A DNA stretch of 64,000 bases from a virus. The stretch lies in the IMG/VR virus record IMGVR_UViG_3300037137_001341, positions 32,001 through 96,000 of that record; one strand, given 5' to 3'. Below the pieces are notes generated by a model. That model had not been told where the DNA came from and ran no database searches. It saw only the letters and a program-made list of their open reading frames with translations. Shown one piece after another: positions 44,346-54,158 of the stretch. How positions within the stretch are numbered: position 1 is the first letter of the stretch; each line of letters begins with the position of its first letter. Made by a program: the position numbers and the translations under genes.

Positions 44346-45409
44346 ACATTCTGTACGGCGTGTGCGGCGACGGGATGGGGCACGCGATGCGCTCTGCGGT
44401 GCTGGCCCATCACCTGGAGAACGCCGGGCACGAGATCACGTTCGTGTCGAACGACGGGGCGCTCAAGTACTTGCGTCGGCGAACGAAGCGGCAGCCGATC
44501 GAGGTCATCGGGATGCACTCCAAGATCACGCGCAACGTCGTCTCTCCATTCGGCACGCTCGTGGCCAACGCGCTCCGCCAAAGCAAGGGCGTGTGGGGGA
44601 ATATGCTGGCGTCCATGGAGATGGTGACGAAGCTGCCGGACGTCGTCATCACGGACTTCGAGCCGACGACGGCGCACTACGCGCTCACGATGTCGAAGCC
44701 GCTCATCGCCGTGGACAACGTCCACTTCCTGAACCACTGCACGCACCCCGCATCGTTGATCAACAGCGATTACTCCGCAGCCGCCTTCATGTACGAGGTC
44801 TGCGAGAACCTCATCCCGACGGCGCGGCGGTATCTCGTTACGACCTTCGCACAAGCCCCGGTCTTGCGGCCCACCACCACGCTGCATCTTCCGATCCTTC
44901 GAGAAGAGATCCTCTCTGCCAAAGATTCCGCATCATGTGGCGAGCACGTCGTGGCCTACTTCAACGACAAGGCGGACCACGCGATGCTCGCCCGCGTGTT
45001 CCAGAAGGCCAGCGCGCCGATCTTTCTCTACGGGAAGGCTTCGCAGAAACACCGGAAACAGGAAGGCAACGTCACGTTCTGCCCGTTCTCGGACGAGGCG
45101 TTCATTCAGGACGTGGCTTCCTCGCGCGCCGTCATCGGCGGCTCCGGGTTCACGTTTATGACCGAGGCGATCTTCCTCGGGAAACCGATGTTTGCGCTTC
45201 CGTACGAGATGCAGTTCGAGCAGATCCTGAACGCGAACTACCTGGAGGCGCTAGGATACGGGGAGCGCTGCAGGCACATGACGCCAGAATCCCTCCGCTC
45301 GTTCCTGGACAACGTCCCCCGCTACACGGAGAAGCTCCAGGAGTTTCGTCACGACGGGAACGCTGACCTGTTCGCGTCCGTTGAACGAGCGCTGCAGGAG
45401 GTTGCGTGA
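44342..45409 (+). CDS. GT-B glycosyltransferase (MJ1255/GT28-like)
   Basis: MNILYGVCGDGMGHAMRS, ITDFEP, GFTFMTEAIFLGKP, QFEQILNA. Confidence 0.88.
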   Translation: MNILYGVCGDGMGHAMRSAVLAHHLENAGHEITFVSNDGALKYLRRRTKRQPIEVIGMHSKITRNVVSPFGTLVANALRQSKGVWGNMLASMEMVTKLPDVVITDFEPTTAHYALTMSKPLIAVDNVHFLNHCTHPASLINSDYSAAAFMYEVCENLIPTARRYLVTTFAQAPVLRPTTTLHLPILREEILSAKDSASCGEHVVAYFNDKADHAMLARVFQKASAPIFLYGKASQKHRKQEGNVTFCPFSDEAFIQDVASSRAVIGGSGFTFMTEAIFLGKPMFALPYEMQFEQILNANYLEALGYGERCRHMTPESLRSFLDNVPRYTEKLQEFRHDGNADLFASVERALQEVA

Positions 45410-46137
45410 CCCGCATCGCGCACCTGACGGACATGCACCTGGACGGCGGGTACGAGCGCCGCGCTCGACTCGATAAAGCCATCGCGCATGCCGCGCAGCT
45501 GGGATCGCAGCATCTGCTTCTCACCGGCGATCTCACCGAGTCAGGAAGCCTCAGAGAGTTCGAGGACATCGCTGACGCGCTTCACGGCTGGCCCACCAAC
45601 GCGGTTACGATCGTGCCAGGCAATCACGACGGGCACCCCGCTCGCTGGCGCGAGGCCCTCAACGGTCCGCTGCAGGAGTTCCGACTCACCAGCACCCCCG
45701 GGATGGTCACCGATGTTGGGGACGCCGTGATCGTACCGGTCTCGACACAGATCGGCAGCCGGGCTCCGTTGTTCTGGGCACTCGGGCATGTGAGCGCAGC
45801 GCAGGTCCGCATGCTGCACGCCGCCGCCGATGCCACAGCCGTCAGAAGGAAGGCGATGATCGTGGCGATGCACCACGGGCCGCAACTGAATCTCCTGCAG
45901 CCTCTCGACGGCCTCACGAACCGGCACGCCATCGGCGCGCTCGTGAAGAAGCATCCTCACGTGTGGCTTTGCTGCGGACATGACCATCGCGCCCTGGACC
46001 TGGGGCATGTGTTCGTGGCCGCCAGCGTGGCGGGACATGACGACCCTCTGCGCGTCTATGACGTTCGCGGGCCGCAGCTGGCGCCGGTCTACAAGAGCGG
46101 GAAGAGTGGCTCGTACTTCGACTGGCTAGGTCTGTAG
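45406..46137 (+). CDS. Calcineurin-like metallophosphoesterase (Icc/CpdA-like)
   Basis: DMH, TGDL, GNHD, MHH, GHDH. Confidence 0.88.
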   Translation: MTRIAHLTDMHLDGGYERRARLDKAIAHAAQLGSQHLLLTGDLTESGSLREFEDIADALHGWPTNAVTIVPGNHDGHPARWREALNGPLQEFRLTSTPGMVTDVGDAVIVPVSTQIGSRAPLFWALGHVSAAQVRMLHAAADATAVRRKAMIVAMHHGPQLNLLQPLDGLTNRHAIGALVKKHPHVWLCCGHDHRALDLGHVFVAASVAGHDDPLRVYDVRGPQLAPVYKSGKSGSYFDWLGL

Positions 46138-46392
46138 ATTCTGCTTCTGGTTGTGGCTCACGACCCAGGTCAGCACGAACGCCTCGATTGCGAGCGCCGC
46201 TCCGAACGAACGGACCCAGAGACGAGGGTGCTCGTCCCCCGCGAGGAATCGAAGGCCGCCCGCAATCAGGATCGTGCGGCCTGCAACGCTGATCGCGATG
46301 TCGCGCAGAGCCGTCGGCTTGCCGTCTACAAGCCCGATCGCAGCCGCGCTCGACGGAAGCTGTCTTGGATCATCGCACGGAGACATGATCAT
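46126..46392 (-). CDS. Small two-TM protein
   Basis: ATGA coupling; hydrophobic segments. Confidence 0.6.
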   Translation of the reverse strand: MIMSPCDDPRQLPSSAAAIGLVDGKPTALRDIAISVAGRTILIAGGLRFLAGDEHPRLWVRSFGAALAIEAFVLTWVVSHNQKQNLQT

Positions 46393-46754
46393 CTCCGCCG
46401 CCTCGTAAGCACGAACGCCGCCAGGAACGCGGCGCCCCCCGCGATGGCCACCTGGAGCCCGAGCCCTGGCCGCGCCGTCAGTGCGCCACGGGCCCGAGCC
46501 TGGAAGCATGTGACCTCGTCCCACGACGGCTTGATCTCCGGGTCACATGTATCCATCCAGTGCCGGATGTCCTCCTGCGTGTACCCGCGGCGCTCGTACG
46601 GGGCCATGAGCGCGAAGGGGATCTGCCACTCCGGGACCTTCGCCGGGTCGACGCCTGCCTCGTGCAGCAAGATCCCGAGGTACTGATACTCGCGCTTCGC
46701 CCGCACCTCCGGCGCGTCGCGGTAGATCGGCGTGTCCATCGTCATGGTCGCCAT
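46389..46754 (-). CDS. C-anchored membrane protein
   Basis: PGLGL; TM + RRRR. Confidence 0.7.
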   Translation of the reverse strand: MATMTMDTPIYRDAPEVRAKREYQYLGILLHEAGVDPAKVPEWQIPFALMAPYERRGYTQEDIRHWMDTCDPEIKPSWDEVTCFQARARGALTARPGLGLQVAIAGGAAFLAAFVLTRRRR

Positions 46755-47800
46755 CAGCGTCTCCCTCGGAAGAAGTACACGCCGAGCGCAACGGCGGCCA
46801 GTGCGCCAACGGCAACGAGCACCTTCGCGCGGTTGTCCTGCGCTCGCTGGTCCGCCTCACCGAGCGCGAGGTTCATGCGCTGGCGGAAGCAGTCGGGGTC
46901 TCCGTTGCAGCCGATGACCCAATCGAGTGCCTCTACCGGCTCGACGCCACGGCTCTTCAGAGCGGCGAGCACGGTGAGGTCCGCGGCGTTCTGCGGGACG
47001 TTTAGCGCGAGATCGAGCCAGGCACGCTCCTGCACCATCGATCCGATATACGCAGCAAGCTCGTTAAGCTCCTGCGTGCGTTCCATGTCATCGAGGCTCT
47101 CTCCAGCGGCGACTTGCTGTCGCGCTGCAGCGGCAATCTGCGCGTGTGTCGGAGGCGGAACCGGAGCCGCGGCCGACGCCGGAGGAGGAGACAGCACCGT
47201 GCCGGGAGGAGGCTCGGCGGCAGAGACGAACTGGATCTTGTTCGCACTGTCCGTCGTCATCTTGCAGACGGCGATCGGCTGACACGGCACAGAGTCGCCG
47301 CCGAAGTTAAACCGCAGTTCGCGCTCACACCAGCCGGTCGGCGTTCCGTACGCGCGCAGCGTCGTGCTCACCGCGCTCCACGCCTCGAAGGCGTCCTGGA
47401 AGTTCTGCGCGCAGGGCGCCGGATCCTTCCTGTTGTGGAGCTTGTCCTGGACCCTTGCCGCCAAGTCGTACGCGAGCGCGCTGGCCTGCTTGTAGTCCTT
47501 GCCCGGCTTGACCCTCTGCTCCGCGATGACCGTGTTCGCTACGATGTGAGCCGCCGTGATCGCGTAGTTCAGCGGCCACACCGCGGCGACCAGCGGATCG
47601 GCAGGGATCACCACAGATGCGCCCTGGTCACCGGCATATGCCAGAATCGTATGGACGTCTCCCCCACCGCTGAGCATCGCCTGCGCAGTCTCGACGGCGA
47701 CGCGATGTAGCTCCGCAAGCCCGGGGCCACCCCAGAGGTAGTCGTACGGTTCCGGCACCACCTGCGGGACCGGCAGTTCACCGAAGCCCCCGTAGCTCAC
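46754..47800 (-). CDS. C-anchored membrane protein
   Basis: Starts xSYGGFGE; TM + RGRR. Confidence 0.7.
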   Translation of the reverse strand: MSYGGFGELPVPQVVPEPYDYLWGGPGLAELHRVAVETAQAMLSGGGDVHTILAYAGDQGASVVIPADPLVAAVWPLNYAITAAHIVANTVIAEQRVKPGKDYKQASALAYDLAARVQDKLHNRKDPAPCAQNFQDAFEAWSAVSTTLRAYGTPTGWCERELRFNFGGDSVPCQPIAVCKMTTDSANKIQFVSAAEPPPGTVLSPPPASAAAPVPPPTHAQIAAAARQQVAAGESLDDMERTQELNELAAYIGSMVQERAWLDLALNVPQNAADLTVLAALKSRGVEPVEALDWVIGCNGDPDCFRQRMNLALGEADQRAQDNRAKVLVAVGALAAVALGVYFFRGRR

Positions 47801-48036
47801 GACTGCCTCCAGATCATGTACCCCGACGCAACCAGGAGCCCGAGGCCGATGAACCCGACAGTCGACAGACGTACCTGCGACGTCTCCTGCTCTGAGAGCG
47901 TCTTGCTGATCTGCAACAGCTGCTTTTGCTCCAGCGTCAGCGGCTTGCAGTCGCCGTTCTCGTCCCAGGCGTAGCCGGGGCTGCATATGCCGACGCACTG
48001 GCCCTTGAAGAGCGCATGACCAGAAGCGCAGGTCAT
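47797..48036 (-). CDS. Mini Cys-module C-anchored protein
   Basis: CASGHALFKGQCVGICSPGYAWDENGDC; TM. Confidence 0.72.
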   Translation of the reverse strand: MTCASGHALFKGQCVGICSPGYAWDENGDCKPLTLEQKQLLQISKTLSEQETSQVRLSTVGFIGLGLLVASGYMIWRQS

Positions 48037-50183
48037 CGCCTCATCATCCTCGCTGCGGCCCATCCCGCAAGGGCGCCGCCGCCGACGGCAAGAAGCCCGT
48101 AGTTCAGCGCGTCGCCACGGCGCTGGCCCCGGCGGCGCGCCTCCTTCACAGCGGTGCGGAACGAGGCTGCGTTCGCGGCCACCTTGCGCACAGCATCCCG
48201 CTTGATGGCCGCGCTCGCGACGAGCCACTCGTTGCCGGTATGTGTCGCCGCCACGTCGGCCGCCTGCGCCATCTGCTGCTGGACCGAGTACTGGCTCGTG
48301 GCCATCGAGACCGTTCGCGCCACGTCACGCTGCACAAGAGCCGACGCCGCGGCGGCCTGCTGGAGCGACCCATGCAGCCACCGACCCCACTCCGGGGTCG
48401 AGCAGCCACCAACCTCGGTGCCTCCACTCCACGCGACCGTTCCGATCTTCTGAAGCTCCTCCTTGTCGGAGTGCTCGTAGCTGTCCCACTTGGTCACGTT
48501 GCGGTCTGCGAACTGCCCCTCGACGCAGTCGTAGTCCCACTTCCACATGTTCGGCTTGCCGGCGCGACGATGGCAGCGGTTGACCGTGCGGGGATCTTCT
48601 GCCGCCGCGTACTCGGAGCCCTTCATCGCCAGGACCACCTGGAACGGCGTCACGTACCGGCGGGCTCTCCAGAACGCCAAGGAGGAGAGGGCGTCGCAGC
48701 TGGGGCTCTGCTCGGTGATGTTCGGGATGCGAGCCTGCCCGAGCGCGGCGCGCGAGTAGTCATACGAGTCGCGAACGACGATCGGGTCGGTGAAGAACTG
48801 CAGGTACGGACACCCGGCCGGAACGACGCAGGAGCGTGTGACCGGATACGGGTAGCGCATGTACTGGTGCGCCTTCGCGTCGATCGGGACCGGGTTGCCG
48901 TTCTGGTCGTAGACGAAGTCGAGCGTGTTGCCGCCGGCTTCCATCTCAGGAAACAGGCGGATTCCGTCCCCGCTCGCCGCCGTGCAGCTGATCCCTTGCG
49001 AACGACCGTACGGGCGCAGCCATTCATCGTTCACCTGCATGAGCCCGTCGAGGCTTCCCTGCATCTTCTGCCAGTACAGCTGGTACTGGACCCACAATGT
49101 CGCCGCGAGATCCGTGCAGACCGCGGTCCCGGCCGCCGCCGCCTGACGCGCTGCCTGCTGCGCCAAGCTGAGCTTCTCGCTGTCGGTCGGACCGAATCCG
49201 AGCGCGTCTGCCAGAACCGGGACGAGCGCGCCGCCGATGATGTTCCCCAGAATGGCTCCGATCGGAGCGGGGAGCCCGAACAGCTGCCCGATGGCAGCGC
49301 ACATGGTGCCGCACGCGCCGATGATGATGCCCTCAACGCCCGCGAGCGAGATTGAGCCAGTGCTGATCGCGTCCACGGTAAGCTCGCACATGGAGAACGC
49401 GGTGCCGGGAATGATCTGCAGCATTGCGGCCCGACCGCAGGAGTGCAGGAACGCGGTCGGATCCGTGTTCGTAATGATCGGGATGCCGAACCGCGACATG
49501 TAGGAGGACCCGAGCGCGAGCGCCCACGATTCGGCGCCGTCCACGGTCGTCGGCAGATTGTGGATCATCTGCCCGGCGGCGATCAGTTCGGGAGGCAGAC
49601 CGATCTGTCCGCAGTTCGTGAGGACGAACGACTGCATCATCGCCACCGCGGCTTCGGGCGTCGGGTTCGTCAGCAGGTTCGGGTGCGAGAAGATGTAGGC
49701 CTCGCACCAGTTGACGGTCTCGTCGTCGCTGAGCGGGTTCCTGATGCTGATGTCGGGCGCGTTCGGCAAGCCGCTACGCGCCTTGGCCAAGGTATCGCGC
49801 CCCCGCTGGACATATCCCTGAAAGACCGGTCCGGCCCAGGCGGCTGCCTGCTCCCCCGCCCACTTCTTGATGGTATCTCTGCCGCTGCTCGACGTCGGGT
49901 CCACGATGGGGACCCACGGCACCTGGATGCCGGTGTCACTGGCGAAGTCGCTCCTCGCCTTGTCCGCCGCCGCCTGCGTCACATACCCCTGCGCGCCGGG
50001 GCTGATGGTGTTCACGTACGCGGGCGCCCCGGCGGGGCCTCCGGCGACCACGGCCTTGTAGAGCCCCACTTGCGTGCCGGTGTCGGCTGGGATGGCGATG
50101 CCGCCGTTCACGGAAATCTGCCCCAGCCCACTCCGGCGCGGGACCCAGATGTGCGGGCCACGGCCGCCGCCGGAGAAGGTCAT
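48033..50183 (-). CDS. Large C-anchored membrane protein with internal hydrophobic hairpin
   Basis: RSGLGQ; Gly/Ala-rich central helices; terminal TM + RR. Confidence 0.72.
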   Translation of the reverse strand: MTFSGGGRGPHIWVPRRSGLGQISVNGGIAIPADTGTQVGLYKAVVAGGPAGAPAYVNTISPGAQGYVTQAAADKARSDFASDTGIQVPWVPIVDPTSSSGRDTIKKWAGEQAAAWAGPVFQGYVQRGRDTLAKARSGLPNAPDISIRNPLSDDETVNWCEAYIFSHPNLLTNPTPEAAVAMMQSFVLTNCGQIGLPPELIAAGQMIHNLPTTVDGAESWALALGSSYMSRFGIPIITNTDPTAFLHSCGRAAMLQIIPGTAFSMCELTVDAISTGSISLAGVEGIIIGACGTMCAAIGQLFGLPAPIGAILGNIIGGALVPVLADALGFGPTDSEKLSLAQQAARQAAAAGTAVCTDLAATLWVQYQLYWQKMQGSLDGLMQVNDEWLRPYGRSQGISCTAASGDGIRLFPEMEAGGNTLDFVYDQNGNPVPIDAKAHQYMRYPYPVTRSCVVPAGCPYLQFFTDPIVVRDSYDYSRAALGQARIPNITEQSPSCDALSSLAFWRARRYVTPFQVVLAMKGSEYAAAEDPRTVNRCHRRAGKPNMWKWDYDCVEGQFADRNVTKWDSYEHSDKEELQKIGTVAWSGGTEVGGCSTPEWGRWLHGSLQQAAAASALVQRDVARTVSMATSQYSVQQQMAQAADVAATHTGNEWLVASAAIKRDAVRKVAANAASFRTAVKEARRRGQRRGDALNYGLLAVGGGALAGWAAARMMRR

Positions 50184-50743
50184 CCCGCGATGCCGTCCTT
50201 CCCAATCGTGAGCGAGCCGCCGGTCAGGAGCATGTGCACCCCCTCGGGGGTGTACACGAACAGAAACGTCTCCCCTGTCTCTGGGTGCTTCGCCGAAGCG
50301 AGCATCGCCCGTGAGATTCGGACCTCGTAGAAACCGACGTTCTTCGGGAGCACAAGCTCCCCGCCATCGTCCTCTTCGTAGAGGTGCACCTGGACGCCGA
50401 GTAGCGGTCCGAGCCGCGTGAAGTGCTTCGGCATGGGCTCGTCGAACTGCACGACGGGGCCCACGACCTCGATGCGGCTCGACGGGGAGCCCCACTCGCG
50501 AAGAAAGCCTGGCGCCGCGTACACGGTGCGTGAACCCTCTGCCACGTGCTTGTAGTCCTCGTGCTCCGCGAGGTTCTTCTGCCACTTGTTCGAGCGGTAC
50601 ATCTCGGCGCCGCCGACACCGATCTCCTGCATCCGAGATGGCCAGGTGAACGGCATCTCGATCTCGCGCTCAGACTCCCGCGCGTAGAACGTCTTGAACG
50701 TCTTCAGCGCCTGCGGCTTAGTATCGACGACGCGGAGGGCCAT
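50180..50743 (-). CDS. Soluble hypothetical protein
   Basis: YRSNKW..YKH; ends GGSLTIGKDGIAG; TAGAAT 8 nt upstream. Confidence 0.7.
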   Translation of the reverse strand: MALRVVDTKPQALKTFKTFYARESEREIEMPFTWPSRMQEIGVGGAEMYRSNKWQKNLAEHEDYKHVAEGSRTVYAAPGFLREWGSPSSRIEVVGPVVQFDEPMPKHFTRLGPLLGVQVHLYEEDDGGELVLPKNVGFYEVRISRAMLASAKHPETGETFLFVYTPEGVHMLLTGGSLTIGKDGIAG

Positions 50744-50754
50744 GACGGAGGATT

Positions 50755-51105
50755 CTACCTCTTCTTCGCGACGTACCAGAGAAGCACTGCACCGGCGACT
50801 CCAGCGACCACCCAGAGTACTGTTGACGGCGGCGCTCCGTCGAGCCCGGCGAGCGAGCGCGTGCGGCGCACGAGGCGCGCCTCGTCCACCGGAGCGATGA
50901 GGCCGACAGCTACGTCGCCCTCGCCGACGATCTTGGAGCCCGGCGGGACCGGGCGGCCCGCCTCGATCGAGGGGACGCCGATCTTCGTGGCGGCCTGAAG
51001 GACAGGGGACGGGAGATCGTCGTTGATGTTGAAGCTCCCCGGTGCCTGCAGGTACTCGTACCCGCCGGTGTCCGGCTTCCATCGCGAGTAGATCGTGGTG
51101 CTCAC
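50755..51105 (-). CDS. C-anchored membrane protein
   Basis: SLAGLDG; TM + KKR. Confidence 0.7.
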   Translation of the reverse strand: MSTTIYSRWKPDTGGYEYLQAPGSFNINDDLPSPVLQAATKIGVPSIEAGRPVPPGSKIVGEGDVAVGLIAPVDEARLVRRTRSLAGLDGAPPSTVLWVVAGVAGAVLLWYVAKKR

Positions 51106-52007
51106 GCCGCCGCTCCTCGCCGCCGAGACGCGAGCATCATGGGGACGACGATGCTCGCCACGTAGAGCCCGAGCCCGATCGCGGCGACCCAAGCGAGCGG
51201 CTGCAGCAGGGTCCCCATGAAGCCAAGGAGATCCGGGTTCCCATTCTTCTGGATGCTCTGCATCGCGGCGACGCAGTTGCGCATGTCATCCGCGGTGCCG
51301 GTCTTGCTGAGCTTGTCGCAGTACGCGATGACCTTGTCGGTGATCGGGGAGCCGATCTGCCAGACGTACACGAGGTAGCAGACCCCGAGGACAAGTACGA
51401 TGCCGAGCGCCGCGAGCGCCCAACCGCCGAGCACCAGCTGGATTGCCCCGACACCAGCTGCCGGCGCCTCCGGCGTCGTCTTGAACTGATCAAGGTGCCC
51501 GTTCTTTTCCAGGTCCACGAACGTCTGCCACGTCTGCACAAGCGAGTTCGCGTGCGCCATGACGTCGCCCGGCGTGACCTTGCCGGCCCGCATCGCGTTC
51601 TCCATGACGCCGTCGTAGTGGAGGTACGCGCCGTTCATGGACGAGGCCGCGAGCGTCGCGAGCGCGTCCACCGCGAGGGAGCGAGGGAAGTGCACCGACG
51701 CCTCCCAGTCGCCAGCCTTCGTCGCCTGCCACACGTCGGCGCCCGTCTGGTTGATGAGCGCCATCAGCTGCGTCATCGCATGCCGAGCATCGCCCGCCTG
51801 GATGGTCCGGTACTTGTCCCGGAACTCCTGGCTGAGCTTGCCGAGCACGCCGAGGAACTTGGCGCCCTCCTGGAGCATGAGATCCTGGTACGCGCTGTCG
51901 AAGCCGTTCTCGTCGATGCCATGACCCTTCGCGATCAGGCCGTCCCATGGGATCCCGGGCGGCCCCACGAGGTCGTCGTACATCCCGGCGAGCTTCTCGA
52001 TGAACAT
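51102..52007 (-). CDS. Membrane protein (two TM)
   Basis: AGVGA; TM-Cys pair-TM + RRR. Confidence 0.72.
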   Translation of the reverse strand: MFIEKLAGMYDDLVGPPGIPWDGLIAKGHGIDENGFDSAYQDLMLQEGAKFLGVLGKLSQEFRDKYRTIQAGDARHAMTQLMALINQTGADVWQATKAGDWEASVHFPRSLAVDALATLAASSMNGAYLHYDGVMENAMRAGKVTPGDVMAHANSLVQTWQTFVDLEKNGHLDQFKTTPEAPAAGVGAIQLVLGGWALAALGIVLVLGVCYLVYVWQIGSPITDKVIAYCDKLSKTGTADDMRNCVAAMQSIQKNGNPDLLGFMGTLLQPLAWVAAIGLGLYVASIVVPMMLASRRRGAAA

Positions 52008-52013
52008 GTGCGT

Positions 52014-52385
52014 TCAGACCTTTGCTGCGCGTTTTCTGTCCGTCCGCCAGGCCATGTACGCGAAGATGCTGAAGCCGGCAGCAACCGTGGCCCAGGCCCA
52101 CTGAGGCACCTGATCGATTGCTGTTCGGAGGTCGCGCCCGAAGTTGCTCGGCTTCGGACCGCCAGTGAGGTAGGCCGCCCAGCCCTGCGTGAAGAGATCG
52201 GGCGGCGAGTAGTACCCGAGGTTCACCAGCGTCGCCGGGTCCGGGTGCCCGTTCGGATCCATCCCGTACGTCGCGTTCCGCGCCGTCTGCTGGTACGCGA
52301 GGATCGCGCCATCCGTTGCGCTATCCCAGTGCCCCGTTTGAGGGACGCCGAGATTCTGCTGAACCTTCTGGATCGCCGTGGGCAT
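52014..52385 (-). CDS. Peptidoglycan-binding-domain protein with C-terminal TM
   Basis: IQKVQQNLG..TGHWDSATDGAILAYQQ..G.PDPAT. Confidence 0.72.
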   Translation of the reverse strand: MPTAIQKVQQNLGVPQTGHWDSATDGAILAYQQTARNATYGMDPNGHPDPATLVNLGYYSPPDLFTQGWAAYLTGGPKPSNFGRDLRTAIDQVPQWAWATVAAGFSIFAYMAWRTDRKRAAKV

Positions 52386-52391
52386 GGACGC

Positions 52392-52790
52392 TCACCTCTT
52401 CTTGGAAGCGCGGTAGATGAGGGCTCCACCGACAGCGACGGCCGCGATGGCCCCGCCGTAGAGCATCCAGTTCGTGCCGCCGGTGCCGCCGAACATGCCT
52501 GCGCTGGTGCCAGGTTTCTTCGTCCCCGTGTCGCCGTACACGACCACCTCGGGAAGCGTGATCACGCCGATGCTGTTGCCCGAGAGGCTCCCGTTGCCGA
52601 CCCCGTTCATGCCGTCCGGGCTGAGCCCCACCTGCTTCGGCAGAATGGCGCGGAGCCTCGCGTTCAGGAACGAGATGTCCCTGTACTGGTGCTGCCCAGC
52701 GTACCCGAGCCCTGCCATCGGAGGACGAGCCTGCTGCCACTCCGCGTTCAGCAGAGCGTAATCCTCGTAGGCGATTGTTCCGTAGGCCAT
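52392..52790 (-). CDS. C-anchored membrane protein
   Basis: MAGLGY, MNGVGN; TM + KKR. Confidence 0.7.
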   Translation of the reverse strand: MAYGTIAYEDYALLNAEWQQARPPMAGLGYAGQHQYRDISFLNARLRAILPKQVGLSPDGMNGVGNGSLSGNSIGVITLPEVVVYGDTGTKKPGTSAGMFGGTGGTNWMLYGGAIAAVAVGGALIYRASKKR

Positions 52791-52794
52791 CGGC

Positions 52795-53553
52795 TCACTT
52801 CCTCTTCTTCGACATGTACAGGCCGGCACCGACCGCGGCGACGACGAAACCACCGAGCATCCAGGCCGTGGCGCTGGAGGACTTGCCCGTCGTCGGCCCG
52901 ACGTGCGGAGCATCGGCGATCTTCGCCGGGAGCACCATGTTCGGGCAATCCAGATCGAAGCGGATGCTTGTACATCCAGCCGGCAGCGAGGGGAGCACCG
53001 GATGGAAGCTGATGCCAAGCTCATGGAGCTTGAACATCGCTCCGCAGGTCGCGCTGTCGTACACACCGGTCTGCGGGATCGCGTTGTAGCCGGCGGCGGT
53101 CAGCGCAGTGCTCAGCGCATCCTGCAGATCATCCGCGATATTGCTCTTCTGGTTCAACGCGAGGAAGCACGGATCGGCCGCCGGCCCGGCTGGGGGCGAG
53201 GTCCCACCACTAGAGGGCGCGACCGGCGCGGCGGTCGAGTCCGACGGGGCCTGAGAAGGAGCAGGCGCAGCCGCGACCCACGACGCCGGCAACTTCACGA
53301 CGTCCCCGACCTTCGCGCAGAACCCGTACTGCGTGCACTTGTGCGCCGGGTTCGCCGTGGCAAGTTCGGTCCACCGGTTGCCGTTGCCCGTGATCGCCTT
53401 CGCGACGGACGTGCCGGTGTCCCCGCTCCTCCAGGTGTACGTCGGCGCCGATGACAGACCGAGCCCCCCGAAGCCCATGTTCGAGCCGTCGAACAGGCCG
53501 CCGCCGTAGCCGCCGCCACCGAAGATGCCTTCTCGCGTGTGAACCTGGATCAT
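52795..53553 (-). CDS. LysM plus PG-binding-like C-anchored protein
   Basis: YTWRSGDT..VAK..WTELATANP..VGDVVKLP; LQDAL..TGVYDSAT; TM + KKRK. Confidence 0.75.
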   Translation of the reverse strand: MIQVHTREGIFGGGGYGGGLFDGSNMGFGGLGLSSAPTYTWRSGDTGTSVAKAITGNGNRWTELATANPAHKCTQYGFCAKVGDVVKLPASWVAAAPAPSQAPSDSTAAPVAPSSGGTSPPAGPAADPCFLALNQKSNIADDLQDALSTALTAAGYNAIPQTGVYDSATCGAMFKLHELGISFHPVLPSLPAGCTSIRFDLDCPNMVLPAKIADAPHVGPTTGKSSSATAWMLGGFVVAAVGAGLYMSKKRK

Positions 53554-53555
53554 TG

Positions 53556-53831
53556 CTATCTCCTGACGAGACAAAAACCGCCGATGACGCCGATTGCACC
53601 GAGGAGCCATGGCGTCCACGGCGCGTAGGTCTCCGCAGTCGCCGCCGCCTGACCGAGTCCGTTGGCAGGGACGAAGCCGCGCCTGAGCATCCCCGGCTGG
53701 AGCCCCATCGTGCGCGGCGGGATCATGCCCAGGCCCTGCGTCGACCAGTTCGACGGAACGTGGATGACGTCACGGAAGATGGCCGCGCCCTCTTCGCGCT
53801 CCTGCAGACCCTTTCCATCTCGACGGTACAT
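53556..53831 (-). CDS. Small C-anchored protein
   Basis: QGLGM, NGLGQ; TM + RR. Confidence 0.68.
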   Translation of the reverse strand: MYRRDGKGLQEREEGAAIFRDVIHVPSNWSTQGLGMIPPRTMGLQPGMLRRGFVPANGLGQAAATAETYAPWTPWLLGAIGVIGGFCLVRR

Positions 53832-53834
53832 GAC

Positions 53835-54155
53835 CTAGTAGCTGCCTTTGTAGCCGGAGAAGTGGAGGTACGCATACGTCGCAAGCCCCAGGGCCGCGAT
53901 GAACAGCACCGTCTTCCCGACGGACGGGCCAGCCGTGTCGTCCCCAAGCCCTTGCATCCCCGCTTCGAGCCCGAAGTCGTTCGGTCGCTCCGCCCACGGG
54001 AGCCCGAACTGCGGGCGCGTGTAGATCGGCCCGTGGAACCGCGTCGGGTACGAGTGCAGCATCACGGTGTACGGGTTCGGCACGCCAGGGGGCACCGGAC
54101 CGTCGTACGTGTTCAGCGACTGGCCTAAACCAGCCATGCAGGGAACGCACGCCAT
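53835..54155 (-). CDS. Small C-anchored protein
   Basis: MAGLGQ, MQGLGD; TM. Confidence 0.72.
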   Translation of the reverse strand: MACVPCMAGLGQSLNTYDGPVPPGVPNPYTVMLHSYPTRFHGPIYTRPQFGLPWAERPNDFGLEAGMQGLGDDTAGPSVGKTVLFIAALGLATYAYLHFSGYKGSY

Positions 54156-54158
54156 CGT

